Positions 34,055 through 48,810 of a DNA stretch of 64,000 bases are shown here, piece by piece. How positions within the stretch are numbered: position 1 is the stretch's first letter; each line of letters opens with the position of its first letter. The notes beneath the pieces were generated by a model. That model searched no databases and was not told where the DNA came from. It saw only the letters and a list, made by a program, of their open reading frames with translations. Source of the stretch: Octopus bimaculoides (taxonomy: Eukaryota); contig NC_068982.1 of the NCBI RefSeq assembly GCF_001194135.2, positions 121,052,033 to 121,116,032 of the forward strand, written 5' to 3'. The translations under genes and the position numbers were made by a program.

Positions 34055-34740
34055 TATTCTATGTTCTGAGTTCAGATTTTGCCAAGGTCGACTTTGCCTT
34101 TCATCCTTTCAGGGTCGATAAATTAAGTACCAGTGAAACACTAGGTCGATACAATCGACTAACCCCCTCCCCCAAATTTCAGTTCTTGTGCCTTTAGTAG
34201 AAAGGATTATTATTTTCATTATTATTATTTCTACCAAAGTCTACTTTGCCTTTCATTCATTCAGGATTGATAAAATAAGGTACCAGTTAAGCACTGGGAT
34301 CAAAATAATCAACTAATTGCCTCCCCTAAAATTGTTGGCCTTGTACCAAATTTGAAACCATTATTATTATTATTATTATTTATAATCTCAAATTCTGCTG
34401 AGGTTGACTATGCCTTTCATCCTTTTGTGGTCAGTAAAATAAGTACCAGTTGAGCACTGGGGTTGATGTAAATGACTAGCTCCTTCCCCCCAAAATTTCA
34501 AGTCTTGTTCCTATAGCAGGAAGGATTATTGATAACAATAATGATAATAACAGTTTCAAATTTTGGCACAAAGCCAGCAATTTCAAAAGAGGGCATAGTT
34601 TGATTACATCAACCTCAGTGCTCAACTGGTATTTATTTTATCGACTCTGATAGGATGAAAGGTGAAGTTGACCTCGACAGATTTTGAACTTAGAACATAA
34701 AGATGGACAAAATGCTGCTAAGCATTTCCTCTGGCACAGT
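34055..34740. mobile_element. Cluster of SINE family A: three 5'-truncated + copies head-to-tail, then one - copy
   Basis: Core GCCTTTCAT.C.TT..GG...A.AAA.TAAG.TACCAG seen three times on + and once on -, each separated by (TTA)n/(AAT)n. Confidence 0.85.
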
Positions 34741-36323
34741 AAAATGGTGATGATGATAATAATGATAATAATAATAATAAAAAGAAGTGGAAGAATCAAA
34801 TATAATTTCAGTATTGAATTCTGTCAAGTAAAACTAGTTTGTGTGGACATTACTTGAACTTAATAAAATCATCTTATACTAATGTATATTTTAATTACTT
34901 ATGCCTCTTAATTATTTCTTCAGATATTATAAGAATGTCTGTAACTTCTATGATTTCTATTAAGTCTTTGAAATTATTGTATAGGTCTTTCCACTTGTCT
35001 ACACCCTTGCCATGTATTACCACTTTGTATATTGTCCAATTACCAGTTCACTGGTGATGTAAATAGTCTTTACATTAACCAGGACCAACTTTCACCAAGT
35101 TCTAAATAAGTCTCTACTAATTGATGTCATGTCTTTCTTTAACTAGGTCTGGTGGAATGAAAGGCTCTCTTTCTCTCTCTCTCTCTCTTTCTCTCTCACA
35201 CACACGTATTGACTTGTTCAATTTCTCTCTTCATACATAATGACACGCCTTCTCATACACATACACTTCCATTTATATTATACACTTTCTCTCATATGCA
35301 TAATCTGTCTCTTTTATGTTACACATACACACCCATGCTCTTTTGTACACATTTTCACACACATATATATTTGCACTCACATTCAACCACTCAATCAGTT
35401 ACTCATTTTCCTACACTTTCTCATTCGTGCACATGCAGTCTTTTGTGCCTATACATGCTCACTTACACACATTTACTTATTCAGTTCCTCCTTTTCAATC
35501 ACATACACAATCTTCCTCTCACACAAACATGCTCTATCTGCCCCCCTCCCCCCACATCTTTATTATTATTATTTTTCTGACAGTAAACTGCAGTGGAGCA
35601 CCATTTGTGACAGACTTTTACCAGACTTAGACTGATCACATGATATTTCATGACAAAGTATGAGATATGCCTTAAGAATTAAATGTGATGATATTCATAT
35701 CTAAATCAGTAAAGGGCAGAATTGGCAGGGAGCTGAACAAGATACCTTGTGGTATTCAAGTTATGTCTTTTTATATTGTAAATTCAAATGTAGGCAAGGA
35801 TTAATGGTTAATGTGGTTATGATGGGGATGAATTAAGGAAAGTGAGTGTAGTATGCCCTTGCTGAACTGTTGGTTAAAATATATGCAGAAGCACTCAAGC
35901 ATGAACACACATGCATACTTTCTTTTTCTGCTTCCTATTAACATGTCACTTTCACTATCTCTACCTCACCTACTTTTCTCTCACTCATACGTTCTTTTCC
36001 TCCACTTTCATACTTTCGGCTACTACTCCCCTTCTATTCACCACTTTGCCTTGAAAGTATGGAAACTATGGAGAGTAGACAGGACTCTCTATTCATGTAT
36101 GAGACAAAGTGGTATCTCTCGTATTTGTGTCACAATAAAATGTACTGTGTTCTATGTAATGACAGGCATTTGGAAAGGCACCAGACTACAGAAACCATGT
36201 TCAAAATGGAACAAACTGAGAGACAAGGTTCTCCAACCTGTCTAGAAGAGCAAGTACACCAGAATATGAAATAACTATGATAGTCCATCCAATTCATGCC
36301 AGCATAGAAAGCAGACATAAAAA

Positions 36324-36355
<32 letters not shown>

Positions 36356-36993
36356 CCCTCCCCCTCTCTCTCTCAGTTGAATATGTTTGTGACATATCCC
36401 AACTTCTATGAGCAAACTCATTGTAATTACCATGGAGAAACTATTCTCTCTAACGGTGAAAGGTGCAAAAACACTGTGTCTACCCAGTGCTTCCCCCTAT
36501 TGGATTCCCAGATGCGCTACATCTTTTACCATAGGAAAGAACTTATTCTCTTCAATAACTGCAGTGAATTTGCCTTTAGAAGTCGGGATGTGTCAGACAT
36601 ACTTTAGCTTGCTAAAGTTCATTTATCCCTAATCACTGCTTAGTGCTGATGCTGCTATTTTTATCTCAACAGGGTAGTCCACTAGTGCAACTCAGTCACT
36701 GATGTTGGCTGTTTTTAGTTAGAGCTACAGCTTTGAATCTGCCCAGGGTTATCTTTGGTATTTCCTATGTAACCTGATAATACTGGTGATAATAAAACTT
36801 TCAGTCTTCATGAAACAGGCCAGTGGTCATGCGTGTTAAGCTATTATCCTATCTTTTTGTTCAGACATGCCGTATCTAACTTTACATTATCCAACCACTA
36901 CTTTTTTTGAAAGGGATAGATATTCATTAGAGTAAGGTGTAACTGCTGGTAAAAGCATTTACTGAAAACAGACACACTTTGTGTCTCTCTCTA

Positions 36994-37045
<52 letters not shown>

Positions 37046-37069
37046 TCTCTCCCCTCTCTCTCTTTTACA

Positions 37070-37345
37070 ACTACAACAGTTTCTGTCCACTCGCAAGGCT
37101 TCGTCCAACTTGCGGTTGCAGTAAAAGACATTGACCGGAGGTGCTATGCTGTGGAATTAAGTTTGAAACCATGTATGCATACACTCGATCCACACATACA
37201 AATACACACACATGTATGTGTGTGTATATATTCATACAATGGCTTCTTGCAGTTTCTGTCCACAAAGTTTCACTCTCAAAGTATTACTCTATCCACAGCT
37301 GTAGTAGAGGACATCAGCTAACAGTATACATGCAGTGGAAATGAC
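37070..37345 (-). mobile_element. Family-B-related SINE, partial
   Basis: GCAGTAAAAGACATTGACC...GGAATTAAGTTTGAAACC and GCAGTTTCTGTCCACAAAGTTTCACTCTCAAAG...GTAGAGGACA blocks. Confidence 0.55.
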
Positions 37346-38342
37346 CGTCAAACCATGTTTCCAAAATGAACGTCATCATCACACAGCTATTCCTACAGTT
37401 ATGTGTATACTAAATGTATGCATCTGTGTATTTTTTATGGATATCCAATGACAATTTGACAATGTTAGTGGATTTTCTACCCTATCACCCTCTCTTCATT
37501 AAAATTTACGTCATCGAAAGACTACCTCTTTGCTTAATGAACTAAATAGCCTGTTATTTCAGCCGCCTTCTCTGAAGATACAGCTTAGACAGACAGTATA
37601 AGAGAGAGAGTTGCTCATTGGAGGATAGTATGGTTTAACAGGGAACTGACGCATAGTTGCTTAACCTGCTGAAAATAGTGACCTTAAACTTTCACATATC
37701 ATATTCTACAGGCTATATTGAACAGTAAATACCTACATATACACACAAATGATATGACTGTCACAAATATAGCATCTTCCTTCCTTTTGTTTGACTACAA
37801 CTGGTCTGAGAATACTCAATAACAAATCTTGTTTTGAACCAATGATTGAGGACCACTGTGTGTATGTGTTCGACTTGGTAGATGATATAGTATCTAAATT
37901 TCCTTCAACTTACACTTTAATTACTGGAAAATGTAATCCAATATAGGTAGCATTTATCTGTCAAGCTGGCTGGAGAGTCGAGCCTGTGGAAGACAATGAA
38001 CAGTAACTTCAGTGAAGCCCAGTCTGCAGCTTCTGTCACAAATGTTACATAATGTATATGCGTATCATAATAACTAAAACAAAACCACTAGGAGAGTGGT
38101 GTTTCTACAAGTATGTATAATAAGCATCCATATGTGTGTATACATATACATTTATGTATCGTCGTCGTTATTTTTCTTTTAAGTTTTCCATGCTAACATA
38201 GGATGTAAAATTGTAAGGCAGTGCTTTACACCCAAATGCTCTTCCTGGTGCTCAGCCCTTTTAGTTATCTTTTACACCATGCTGGAATGCAGTGTGTCTA
38301 TTCTAAACTAAAAACTGGGGTGTGTTATGGTGTGTGTGTGAG

Positions 38343-38373
<31 letters not shown>

Positions 38374-38393
38374 CATTATCTCATATACACACC

Positions 38394-38429
<36 letters not shown>

Positions 38430-38444
38430 CTTTTTATGTATGTA

Positions 38445-38491
<47 letters not shown>

Positions 38492-38738
38492 NNNNNNNNN
38501 NNNNNNNNNNNNNNNNNNNNNNNNNNNNNNNNNNNNNNNNNNNNNNNNNNNNNNNNNNNNNNNNNNNNNNNNNNNNNNNNNNNNNNNNNNNNNNNNNNNN
38601 NNNNNNNNNNNNNNNNNNNNNNNNNNNNNNNNNNNNNNNNNNNNNNNNNNNNNNNNNGATGTTGGCGTGGGCTCCCACCCTGGCATCCGGAACTTGGAGT
38701 TTTATCATGGCTACTGAATAAATGTCACATATTTTTAC

Positions 38739-38771
<33 letters not shown>

Positions 38772-38910
38772 CACACACACACCCTTTTACCTACAGACCT
38801 CGTAGCCCCTAGATGGTAGATTATATGCTTTTAACATACTGGGTTTCTAGACCCTTTTTTTTCGGCCATGTTTTCCTTCCTCCCTTTGTTGATATTGTAT
38901 GCTCTTGTTT

Positions 38911-39027
38911 TTAACTCTGATGAAGCTCCGTGCCTTAATTTGAATGTCCTATGAAGATGAAGAACTTTATTCTTGCATTTATTTATAGACAACATTTGGC
39001 AACGGATCAGAAACGGCCCTAAGATAT
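38911..39027 (+). ncRNA. Hammerhead ribozyme motif (PLE-LTR type), degenerate, extended stem II
   Basis: CTGATGA at 38917-38923; TCCGTGCC 38927-38934 pairs with GGC(A)ACGGA 38998-39006; GAAA at 39010-39013; palindromic GGCC loop; triplet CTA instead of GTA. Confidence 0.6.
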
Positions 39028-40793
39028 GTTACGTCACCTATTTGTTATGTCATGCTTTGTATTAAAAAACATGTTATAAATGTGGTCCAATCAATGTGTT
39101 TGTTAATCTGAAGTTTTCTCCAGTTTCTGATTATTTATATATTATATCTATATATATGTACTTTCATATACATACATATATATATATATTCATACACACA
39201 TGTTCATATACACATAAATATGTATGTTTTAATTGAGTTATGCGATACACTCTCCATTTTTACCTTCATCACTCCTATTGACTCTCATAGCCCTTGTCTC
39301 TACCTCCTCCTGCCCCATTCCTCTGCCTAAATCACTGTCCCTGCAACTGCATCATCTACTTAGAACATCCCCATCACTGCAGCCTCTCCATATCTTTTCT
39401 ACCTATTCTATAGTCTAACCTGCAACAGTAACATTCATCAATTCATCTCCATCATCCTTTTCCCTTTCCATACAAACAAAGATATAAATAATGACCTTGC
39501 TCCCACCATGACCACCACCATTATCATTATCATCATTTGTGATTCATGACTAAGACTAAAATGTATTGGTATGTAGCAACTGTTTGTCTAGTGCAAATGT
39601 TAGTTTTTCCGCTTGATTCACTGCACAATAGACTGAATCTAAGGACTCGCTTTCTCTCCCTCTCTCTCTCTCTCTGGCTAGATATAGCTGGCATCGAAGA
39701 AATGCATGCATGCCTCTGTGTGTGTGTGTGTGTGTGTTTATAAGACATTTGAAGTAGCAGGCATGCAGTTGGAAAGAAATAAGACAGTGGAAGAAACATG
39801 CTGCATGTGGAATAGTTAACATTGATGGAATGGTGGGTCATGGAGGAAGGTAGACTGGTAAGGGGAGGCAGCCAGGTGTAGCTGATTGCCAAAACAAAAC
39901 AAAATAACTGTTAAAATACATAAAAGAGGAATCTTTCTTCTACTTCTCCAGAATTATGTAGCTATAATAATAATGATAGTAATAATAATAATAATAATTA
40001 TTATTATTATTATTATGATTATTAAAGGAATCATTATCATTGTTATTATTATCATCATATCAGTCTGAGAGGCTAATTTAATGGTGTATTGATTGGAATA
40101 ATTTCAATAGAAGACCCTTGGTATCACTGTCTTGTCTGTCTAGATACAGCCTGGCCTTCTCCATCGCTTCACTCTTCAAACGTCAGAATCTGTCTACCAA
40201 TAATTTGGTAACTTATCATTTTAGGTCAGTTTGACACTCACACTTAGATATTTAAGTTGTTTTTATATATATATACATACCATTTTTTTTTTACTGTCTG
40301 GTAATTATTATTATTTGCTTTTTCTTTCAAATTTATTTAAATGTAACTTAATTTATGTATTTCTGGTAAATATATTTTTGGAAGTTGATTTTCTCAATGC
40401 TTCTGTTAAGGTTATTTCTGATATTTGGTTTGATTTTAGTGGCTTTTGATAGTGTCATTGTGACACAGTCAAGGTTTAATACCACTGTTATTGTGCACAG
40501 GCATGAAGCACTGAATTTCCTCCACTTGTCTGTTCAGTGAAAAGTAGTTACCATCATCATCATCATCAAAAACATAAACAAGTCTTTCTTATTTTCTGAT
40601 AAATATCTGAGCACCTAACATATGTGAAGCAGTATTCATCATCATCCTAGTCATCATCAACAACAATAGCAATCTTATTAATTTCTAATAAATACCTTGT
40701 ATCTAACATGTGTAAAACATGCTGAATGAATATTTGTTCATGTGACTTTCAAGTCCAGGTGTTAAGTCTTTCCCTTTCTTTCTCACACACACA

Positions 40794-40835
<42 letters not shown>

Positions 40836-40994
40836 AACAGCTTGGAAGATATAGCTCTGTTCAACCAAGCAGGGAGGCAGCTGAATACAGGATTTCTGCT
40901 GGAAATAAGGCTGTTTGGAAGTATGCCAAGGAAAGTTAACTTCAGACACAACCAACTTGCTTGTTGGCTGTGAGAATAAGATGGTGAAACGATA

Positions 40995-41025
<31 letters not shown>

Positions 41026-44000
41026 GGACGAGGAGGAGGATAGTCACGGTGGTAGCAGTAGCAATGATGGCAGTAGTGATAATGAAGAAATGATTGATTT
41101 GAGTAAAAATGTATTCCAGCCTTTTCATATTGTGCTTTTGTGTAGAGCTGAAGTTGGGGAAGTTATGCTTTGAGAGTAATCACTTTCTGCCTCCTGAAAC
41201 TACATTTACGCATACATACCAGGTTTTGTGGAAGCTTCTACAATTGATACTCTTACAGGACCATCCTCTGTGTGTATTGTGAGTTTGCTTCAGCTGATAT
41301 CCTTCAGTTTCCTGATGTGAAACTGTGACCTGGCTTTCATAGATAAGAGACACTTTGAGAGGAAGTTCATATGGTGGCTTACATTAACAACTCAAGTGTC
41401 TTCACTAATTTACCATCAGCTATATTTACTCCCCACCTTTCTCCTGATCTCTCTCCACATCTTTATTCAAATTGGTCTCAGATTTTGCTATCTCTGTAAA
41501 TTTCTCTTTACAGCCACCCCATAAGACATTTCTGCAGTCACCCCTACTCTATGTCACTTCCAACACTCTGATATTGGAATCTTTTTTTTACCACAATTAC
41601 ATCCCCTCAACACACTTTTTATTCAGTCTTTTCCCTATTACATACTTATCCCTATTACACACTTAGGGTTCAGACTGAACCCTAAGTACTTTTGCTTAAG
41701 CTGGTCTTTGACTAGGTGTTGGTATGAACATACAAGAAATCTGCTCTGTCTCTCCATACTAAAGAATTTGATAGTATAGTTTGTTGTCCCAGAAGTAATT
41801 TGGTAAGCAACTAGTGTCCTGTGTAGGGGAGTTAAACATGTTTGGCCTCGGGCCTGATTAAACCATGAGCTACATTGAAACAGGAAAAGAAATAATAAGA
41901 AAAACTTCCATTTAGCTCAGTGTGTATAGACAAAGTGTAGTGGAAATAGATCACATCTTTTTGTATATGAATTCTTAAGCTTCTTTTCATTAGTTAAGGT
42001 AATAAAGATTTCCTAAGATGTACTGATTTAATTAATTGGAACCAATGTTAATCAAGACTCTAGTTGGACTCTAAGTGTAAGCTTGCAACAAATACTTTAT
42101 AGAATATTTTGAGGAGCCAGACAAAATATATCTTGTCTCCGGAGTAATATGATGAAAAAAAAAACAAAAAACAAAAAAACAATGTCTAGTGTACAGCACA
42201 GTAAATTGTCTCTGACAGTAACTAGTGTATAACATACACTAGTTACAGTGAGGTAGGTTGCCTGTGTAAATAATGACCACACTAAAGTTTGAGTTTTCAA
42301 ATATTTTGTTAATGTGCGTTGTTATATTTGCAAATGTACATTGAATAAATTTATAGAACAAAGTTTAGTGAACGTAACAGTTCGGTATCTTCTGTATATA
42401 ACTTGCTGGATAATATGAAAGTAGTGCAAGGAATTTAAATTACTGCATATAATTAATGTGTGTTACTCAACACTACAAGTTAAGGTGGGTGCCTTTTGTC
42501 GAGTATAACATAAGCATATTATATAAGAAAAGTGGAGAAGAGACAGCAACTTGCTGAGGCAAGCAACAGATTCTCCTAGATGACAAGTAGCTCTCTGGCC
42601 TGAGATTGAATAAGCAATAGAGGTAGGAGTCTTCTGCATTGGGGGAAATGTAACATGACCCATATAAACTTGGGATATCTTTGCTTAAAGTAGATTATTA
42701 CCTTCAGCCCAAAAGTGGTAGAATTATGAGCCAAACTGTTTAGCAGGAAAACTTATACATTACCTTTGAAGGTTACTGCCTCACCCATAAGTCAGTTGGT
42801 GCTGGTTGGTTGAGCAGTATTCATGTACCTTTCATGGAAATACATTAGTTTGTGGTTTTAGACTGAGAAAATCTGAGAGCTACGGTTCAAATCTCAACTA
42901 GGATCTTGTTGCCACAATAATTAGTGTATGATATGGTCAAAAGTGCATGATGTAGTAATTGTTGCCTTGTGCATCACATACTAGCCAGTATATGACAGTA
43001 TTTTGTGACATAGTAACTAATAGTCTTAGCACAGGCATGACTAATGCAAAAGTTTGTTTGGAAAGTATGTTTTATTTTGTTTTTTTTTGCAAGGCACCTT
43101 AGGCAAGTATCTTCTACCAACCATGGGTTGACCAAAACCTTGTGGGTTAAATTCAGTGGGTGATAACTGTGGAGGTTCATTAGATGGCTCAGTGCTTCTG
43201 TCATTAGGGTGGTAAGTAGTTCCTTAGCTTAACACTACCATCACTATCTGGCTTTCAGGTGCATTTGGCAGTCCACTCTGTTGCAAGCATTCAGGCCATG
43301 TCCCCCCTCAGACAATAACCTTTTTCTTCATCAAGTTTCATGAAATATTCTGTTGTGTCAAGTATTGTAGTTGGCTTGAATGAAACATTCAGTTCTTGCA
43401 ATCAAGAAATGGACTGACAATGTGATGAAGATTATGGTGATGGTGGTTGGTTGTGGGGTGAAAGACTATATTGATAGGGTTGGTGTAATGTTACTAGTGG
43501 AGGTAATAGTGATGCTGGGGTGGGGGTTGAGATCATGCAGACAGTGAAGATGATTTATGTTGCAAATAGTTTCATTTCAAGAAGTTTCTCATGTGTCATG
43601 GTGAAGATCTTACATAACATGATGGAATTCTGCAATAATGAAGTTATGCTCTGTTCATTAACAGAATCACGGTGGTACAGGTGGGGGGGGGAGGGGGCAG
43701 ATACATTACAAACTACTATCATCATTATCGTCATCATCATCATACTTCCACTACTACTATCATCATCATCATCATACTTCCACTACTATCATCATCATCA
43801 TCACTTTCTTAGAAACAGTTCTCTCTAATAATTTAAAGATTTAGGAAGCCATTGAGGCAAGGTTTCATGTAAAAAGACAAAATTCTTGTCAGATCTACTG
43901 GAATCAACATTAATAGTTAATTAGTTTTTTTGTTTTTTTTTTAATGTTCATGAGTACTGCATCCCTCCTTTTATGTGAAAACCATTCAGTTGGTTGGTAT

Positions 44001-46289
44001 AGAGTCACTCATCCACACATTTCAACTTCTGGCCTCTGTACATAGTCTCCCCACTTTAACTTTTCTACTACTACTGCAATAGTTTCTATTTCTTCGAGTT
44101 GGCTGGTTATATATTTTTTTTACCAAACCTATCTGATATATTTACTGCTACTCTTCTCATTATCCATACTGTGCCTACGCTGCCCACGCTACACAATAAT
44201 CACCATTTCCAGTTCTACTTTCCTTGCACATCATCCGTGTAGAGTCCCATCTTCAGCCAGGTGATGATTTGCAGTTGTTCAAGATGTATGTAAATTGCTT
44301 TGCTTTTGCCAGTGTTGGAGGGCCTGACCTCATAGCCACTGTACAGCATATATTTCAACGTTGTTGTTTTAGTCCAAAGTCAGCTCTGATCAAAAGTATT
44401 CTCATCATGATAACCCTGTCTAATATTTAGATAAACCATTACAAGAACTACATTATTCAATATGTCATTAGAAGAAAAAAATAGTTGAGAACAATATAAA
44501 GGAAATTTGGTTGATATATTTAGTATGTTAAGTGAGTGCATAGTGGCTCCCTCATTTACTTGTCATATATTGAATGGTTGTGAGTGTCAAAGAGTTTGAT
44601 GCACCTTTGTGACTTCTTCATTAGTATCTGCTCTTTTGTGTCTTAGTTTTTCATTCAACATTATAGGAGTGCTCTATTGATACTTATAGGTGAAATATCT
44701 TAAAATTAAGTTCTTTGGGTATTGATGTTATAAAAATAAATATTTATTTTAGTTTATGTCCAGTACTAGTAACTACTTTTAAGCCTGTTGTCAGGTTTCA
44801 TTCTTAAATCAACTAAAAAAAATTAAAAAAAAATTTAACATGTGACATGAGTTATGTCACATTTTTTAGTTTCAAATTTGTATTAATTAGGAATTATAGT
44901 GATATTAATGTGTGTGTGTAATTTAGAAACATTTTGGTTATAACAATCATCCAATGTGTTTGTGTGTGTATTAATTATGTGTTTATGTATGTGAATTAAT
45001 ATATCTGCATGTGTTCCTGGAAGGGTGGTATCACTTATCAGTTTACAATAGTTAAACAATGTGATGATCAGATAGGCAAGGTCACATGTCAGAAGTAATT
45101 TGATAGTGGTAGTGGAGAAGTGTGATTGTGAAAAAATGATTAACCATCACAAGACTTGGTCTTATGATCAGATATTGCAGCATTTGGTTGATCAAATCTC
45201 GACTGGCATGTAGTTCACATGATCAACTGGTCTGGTACATCTAATGACGCCACAATTAAAAACTGTGCAGATATTTGTGCTGTTGGCTTAGTACTTTTCT
45301 GTAATTGAGACCGCTAGTCCATGAGTTACTTAACTGTATTAGAAATCCAAACAGTTGTACATCACATGTCAACCACTTAGATGTCTTTCTTGTACACTAT
45401 TTTATACACTCATACATAAACACATATATGCATAATAGAGGGATGAATACATTGGATAATGTAGTCCTAGATAACCACATACAGGATGAATGGTTAGTTC
45501 TTTGATCAGAGCATCCTTGACTAGGATTGATCTGAAACTAATCATCAACAAAAATATACATTCATTTATTTTTTTATACACACTGTCATACAGATACACA
45601 GCATGCACCATGCTGCATATACACACATGCCTATATCATTATCACCATCATCATCATCATCATCATCATCATAAAGGTCACTTTTCCAAGCTCTCTTATC
45701 CCTCCCCTGTTTACTGTATCATTATTACTATTCTGCTGCTTTTCCCATTTTTCTGCTGTCAGTGGTCTCCTGCTCAATCCTGCCACTCTCAACTCATGCA
45801 TCATTTGTCTACTCCACCCCTTATCTATTAGTCACTACATTCTTCTTTCAAACCTGCTCAATCTTTATAGTTGTCACCTGACCCCCTCAGCCTTTCCTCA
45901 TCTCTCACTCCTCCATACACACTTGCAATCTCCATCCATCAACACTCTTGGTTCCTTTGTTGTCACTCACTTCTATTCACCTCATCCTTTGAGGATTTGT
46001 TCAGACATCACATTACCACTTTTTTTTTTTAAATCTCTGTCCAGCTCCATCTGATCACTACCAGCCTCTCTTCTAATATGTAAGTGGTCCTGTAGCTCCT
46101 CTACTGTAAGAAACTTGTACTATTCTGGCCCTTTCTCCCATGCTTTAGTTCCTTGCTTCTAGCATAGAGTCACTCCTCTTAGTATCCATAGTATTGGAAG
46201 CTGTTTGGTGACCTCCTTAGTGTTGCTGCTATGGAAAAAAACACCTAGTACATGCTGTAGTGGAGCATTGACATTAAATGATGATGATA

Positions 46290-46470
46290 GTGATATTTTA
46301 AACACACATGTAGTTGATGAGCTTCTTTCAGTTTCCATGTAGCAAATACACCTACAAGACTTTGGCCAAGCTATAAGTAGAAGACACTTGTCCAAGTTGT
46401 CATATATTGAGACTGGAACTGAAACCTTGAGATTGCAAAGAGGACCTCTTAACCAAGTAGCCATTCTGCA
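46290..46470 (-). mobile_element. SINE family B, 5' part
   Basis: TTCTTTCAGTTTCCAT.TAGCAAAT...GGCTATAAGTAGAAGACACTTGTCCAAG...CTCTTAACCAAGTAGCC. Confidence 0.65.
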
Positions 46471-48029
46471 ACTATTTGTTATCGTGAATTTTATGTCCAC
46501 TTTCTACATTGGTATGGGTTGGCTGGGTCGCCATAGGGTGGTGCTCCTACTTGTCATATGGCTAGATTAAAATCACTAGAGAGGTTGTCTTGTTCAACAG
46601 TCATTGTAGAAAAAGAATATGATGGGAGAGTGCTTTCTGTTATAGCACGTGCCTTGTGGAGAGTATTCAGTTATGTAAGATAAGTTGACTAAAGATTAAG
46701 GAGAAAAAACAGGAGGTTGATCAATAACTACAGAAAAGCCTGAAATGGGTGGGTGAAAGGAATAGGTGTCTAAGTGTAACATGTACACAATAACTAAGAG
46801 TATGTACATTTGCTCAGGTTACTGAGGCGGGGAATAGGAGAGAGAGAAAGAGCAATGACATCAGAAGAACCAGAATGATTGGGTAAAGAGAACATGAGTA
46901 TGGTGAGGAAAAGGCAGGATTGTTTAAGGGTAAAGTCAAGAGTGATTAGCAGTAGCAGAGGCAGATGAAGGTTAGGGTAAGTGATGAAGTAAAACCAAGA
47001 GTAGATGATGGATAGCAACGAATGTTTTTGTTTACAGTCAAAGGAAAAAGTACACAATGCATACATTAGTCTGTATATTTAAGTAGATGAAGCTTCTTGA
47101 ATCATTATTCTGGGTTGCTGTTTATTCTGATGATTGAAGAAAATAATATTTAAGTAAATCTATTCGCAAACACATCAAACCATGATTAGTCACCAATACC
47201 TGATTCATCCTGGCACAGTTAGTCATCAGGATTGGATTGATTACCAAAAGACTGTTAGAAAATGTGCCGCATTTCCATCTATTTAATATTATATGCAGAA
47301 CATTTAATATTATTCATTTATTCACATGAAAACATGTTATTTTCATGTCTTCAGTATTATATGTGTAAAATACACAAAAGAAAGTGACTGTTTAGTTTAC
47401 TCTAAGTGGTGATGAAACAATGTTTTGTTTGTTTATATATGTGGTCATCTTTGAAATGTGTGATAAGTCCAACATGTGGGAAACAGAATTAAATAGATGA
47501 CTGGATGCATTTAAATTTATTTTTTTATCTGTTTTTGAATATTTTCCTTATATTTTGTCATGCTGCTTTTCTTCAATTGTCTGAGAATCAGTAACATGAA
47601 ACTCAGTAACAATTTAAGAATTTTAAACTTCTCTAATAATAATAATTGTTTCCGGCATTGGCACAAGGCCATGAATTAGGTAGGGCATGGGAGGGGTTAA
47701 TTGATTATATCAACCCCAGTACTTATACTTTATTTTATCAACCCTTGCAGAGATGTGAAGCAATGTTGACCTAAGTGGGGTTTAAACTCAGAATGTAAAG
47801 AACTAGAACAAATGCTACAAAGCATCTTACCAATCTATCACCCATCAAATATTGTAATAATAATGTATTGGTCAAAAAACAGTAAACTAAGAACACATGA
47901 TAATAAGGGCATTTTTTGATGAAAGGAACAGAGTTTTAACATTTCAAAATAAATAAATAAATAAACTGAGAATGTTTAATAGTGAAGTGTGTGTGTAAAA
48001 AGAAAATTCTGAATGGTATGTATATATTA

Positions 48030-48810
48030 TCATCATCATCATCATCATTTAATGTCCGTTTTTTATGCTGGCATGGGTTGGACAGTTTGACAACAGTTAG
48101 CCAGCTGAAGAGCTGCCCAGGCTCTGTCTCTGTTTTGACATGGTTTATACAGTTGGATGCCTTTCCTGTTGCCAACCACTTTATAGAGTTTACTGGGTGC
48201 TTTTATGCAACACTGGCATTTGTGCGTTTATGTGGCACCTGCACCCACAAGCCTGCAAGGTTAGGAATGCTCAGCTGGAGAGGGATGCAGGAGATAGCCT
48301 GTATGCAAGGACGACCACACTTTTACTTAGCTTGACGTGTCTTTTCAAACACAGTAAACTGCCAGGAATCACTGTTATCCCTTCTGTGAGTCCCAGTGTT
48401 TGTAGATCCTTTCTCACCATTTTGTCCCACATCCTCCTGGGTCTACCCCTTCCACATGTTCCCTCTACATTTAGAGATTGGTACTTCTTGATGCAATTGT
48501 CTTCATTCATACGCATTACATGGCCATACCAGTGCAGTCTTTTCTTCTGCATGCTAAATCTGATGCCTCGAATACCCAGTTTTTCTCTCAAATCACTTAC
48601 ACTATGTTGCATATGTACACTGATATTACCCATCCAGCAGAGCATACTAGCTTCATTTCTTTCAAGCCTTTACATATCCTCAATAGTCACAGCCCATGTC
48701 TCGCTGCCATGTAGCCTAGCCATTCATACACAGGCATCATATAACCTGCCTTTCATTCTGAGGGAGAGGCCTTTCATTACTAACAGAGGTAGTCTATTCT
48801 TATTCTAGCA
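48030..48810 (-). mobile_element. 5'-truncated RTE LINE (ORF C-terminus plus 3' UTR)
   Basis: LSLRMKGRLYDACV...HGSETWAVT...LERNEASMLCWM...LREKLGIRGIR...RLHWYGHVMRMNEDNCIKK...EGTCGRGRPRRMWDKMVRKDL, then UTR and (TGA)n. Confidence 0.92.

Noticed and set aside
34055-34740. Regularly spaced repeats superficially like a CRISPR array
   Set aside because: Eukaryotic context; the units are SINE cores with SINE tails, not short repeats with unique spacers.
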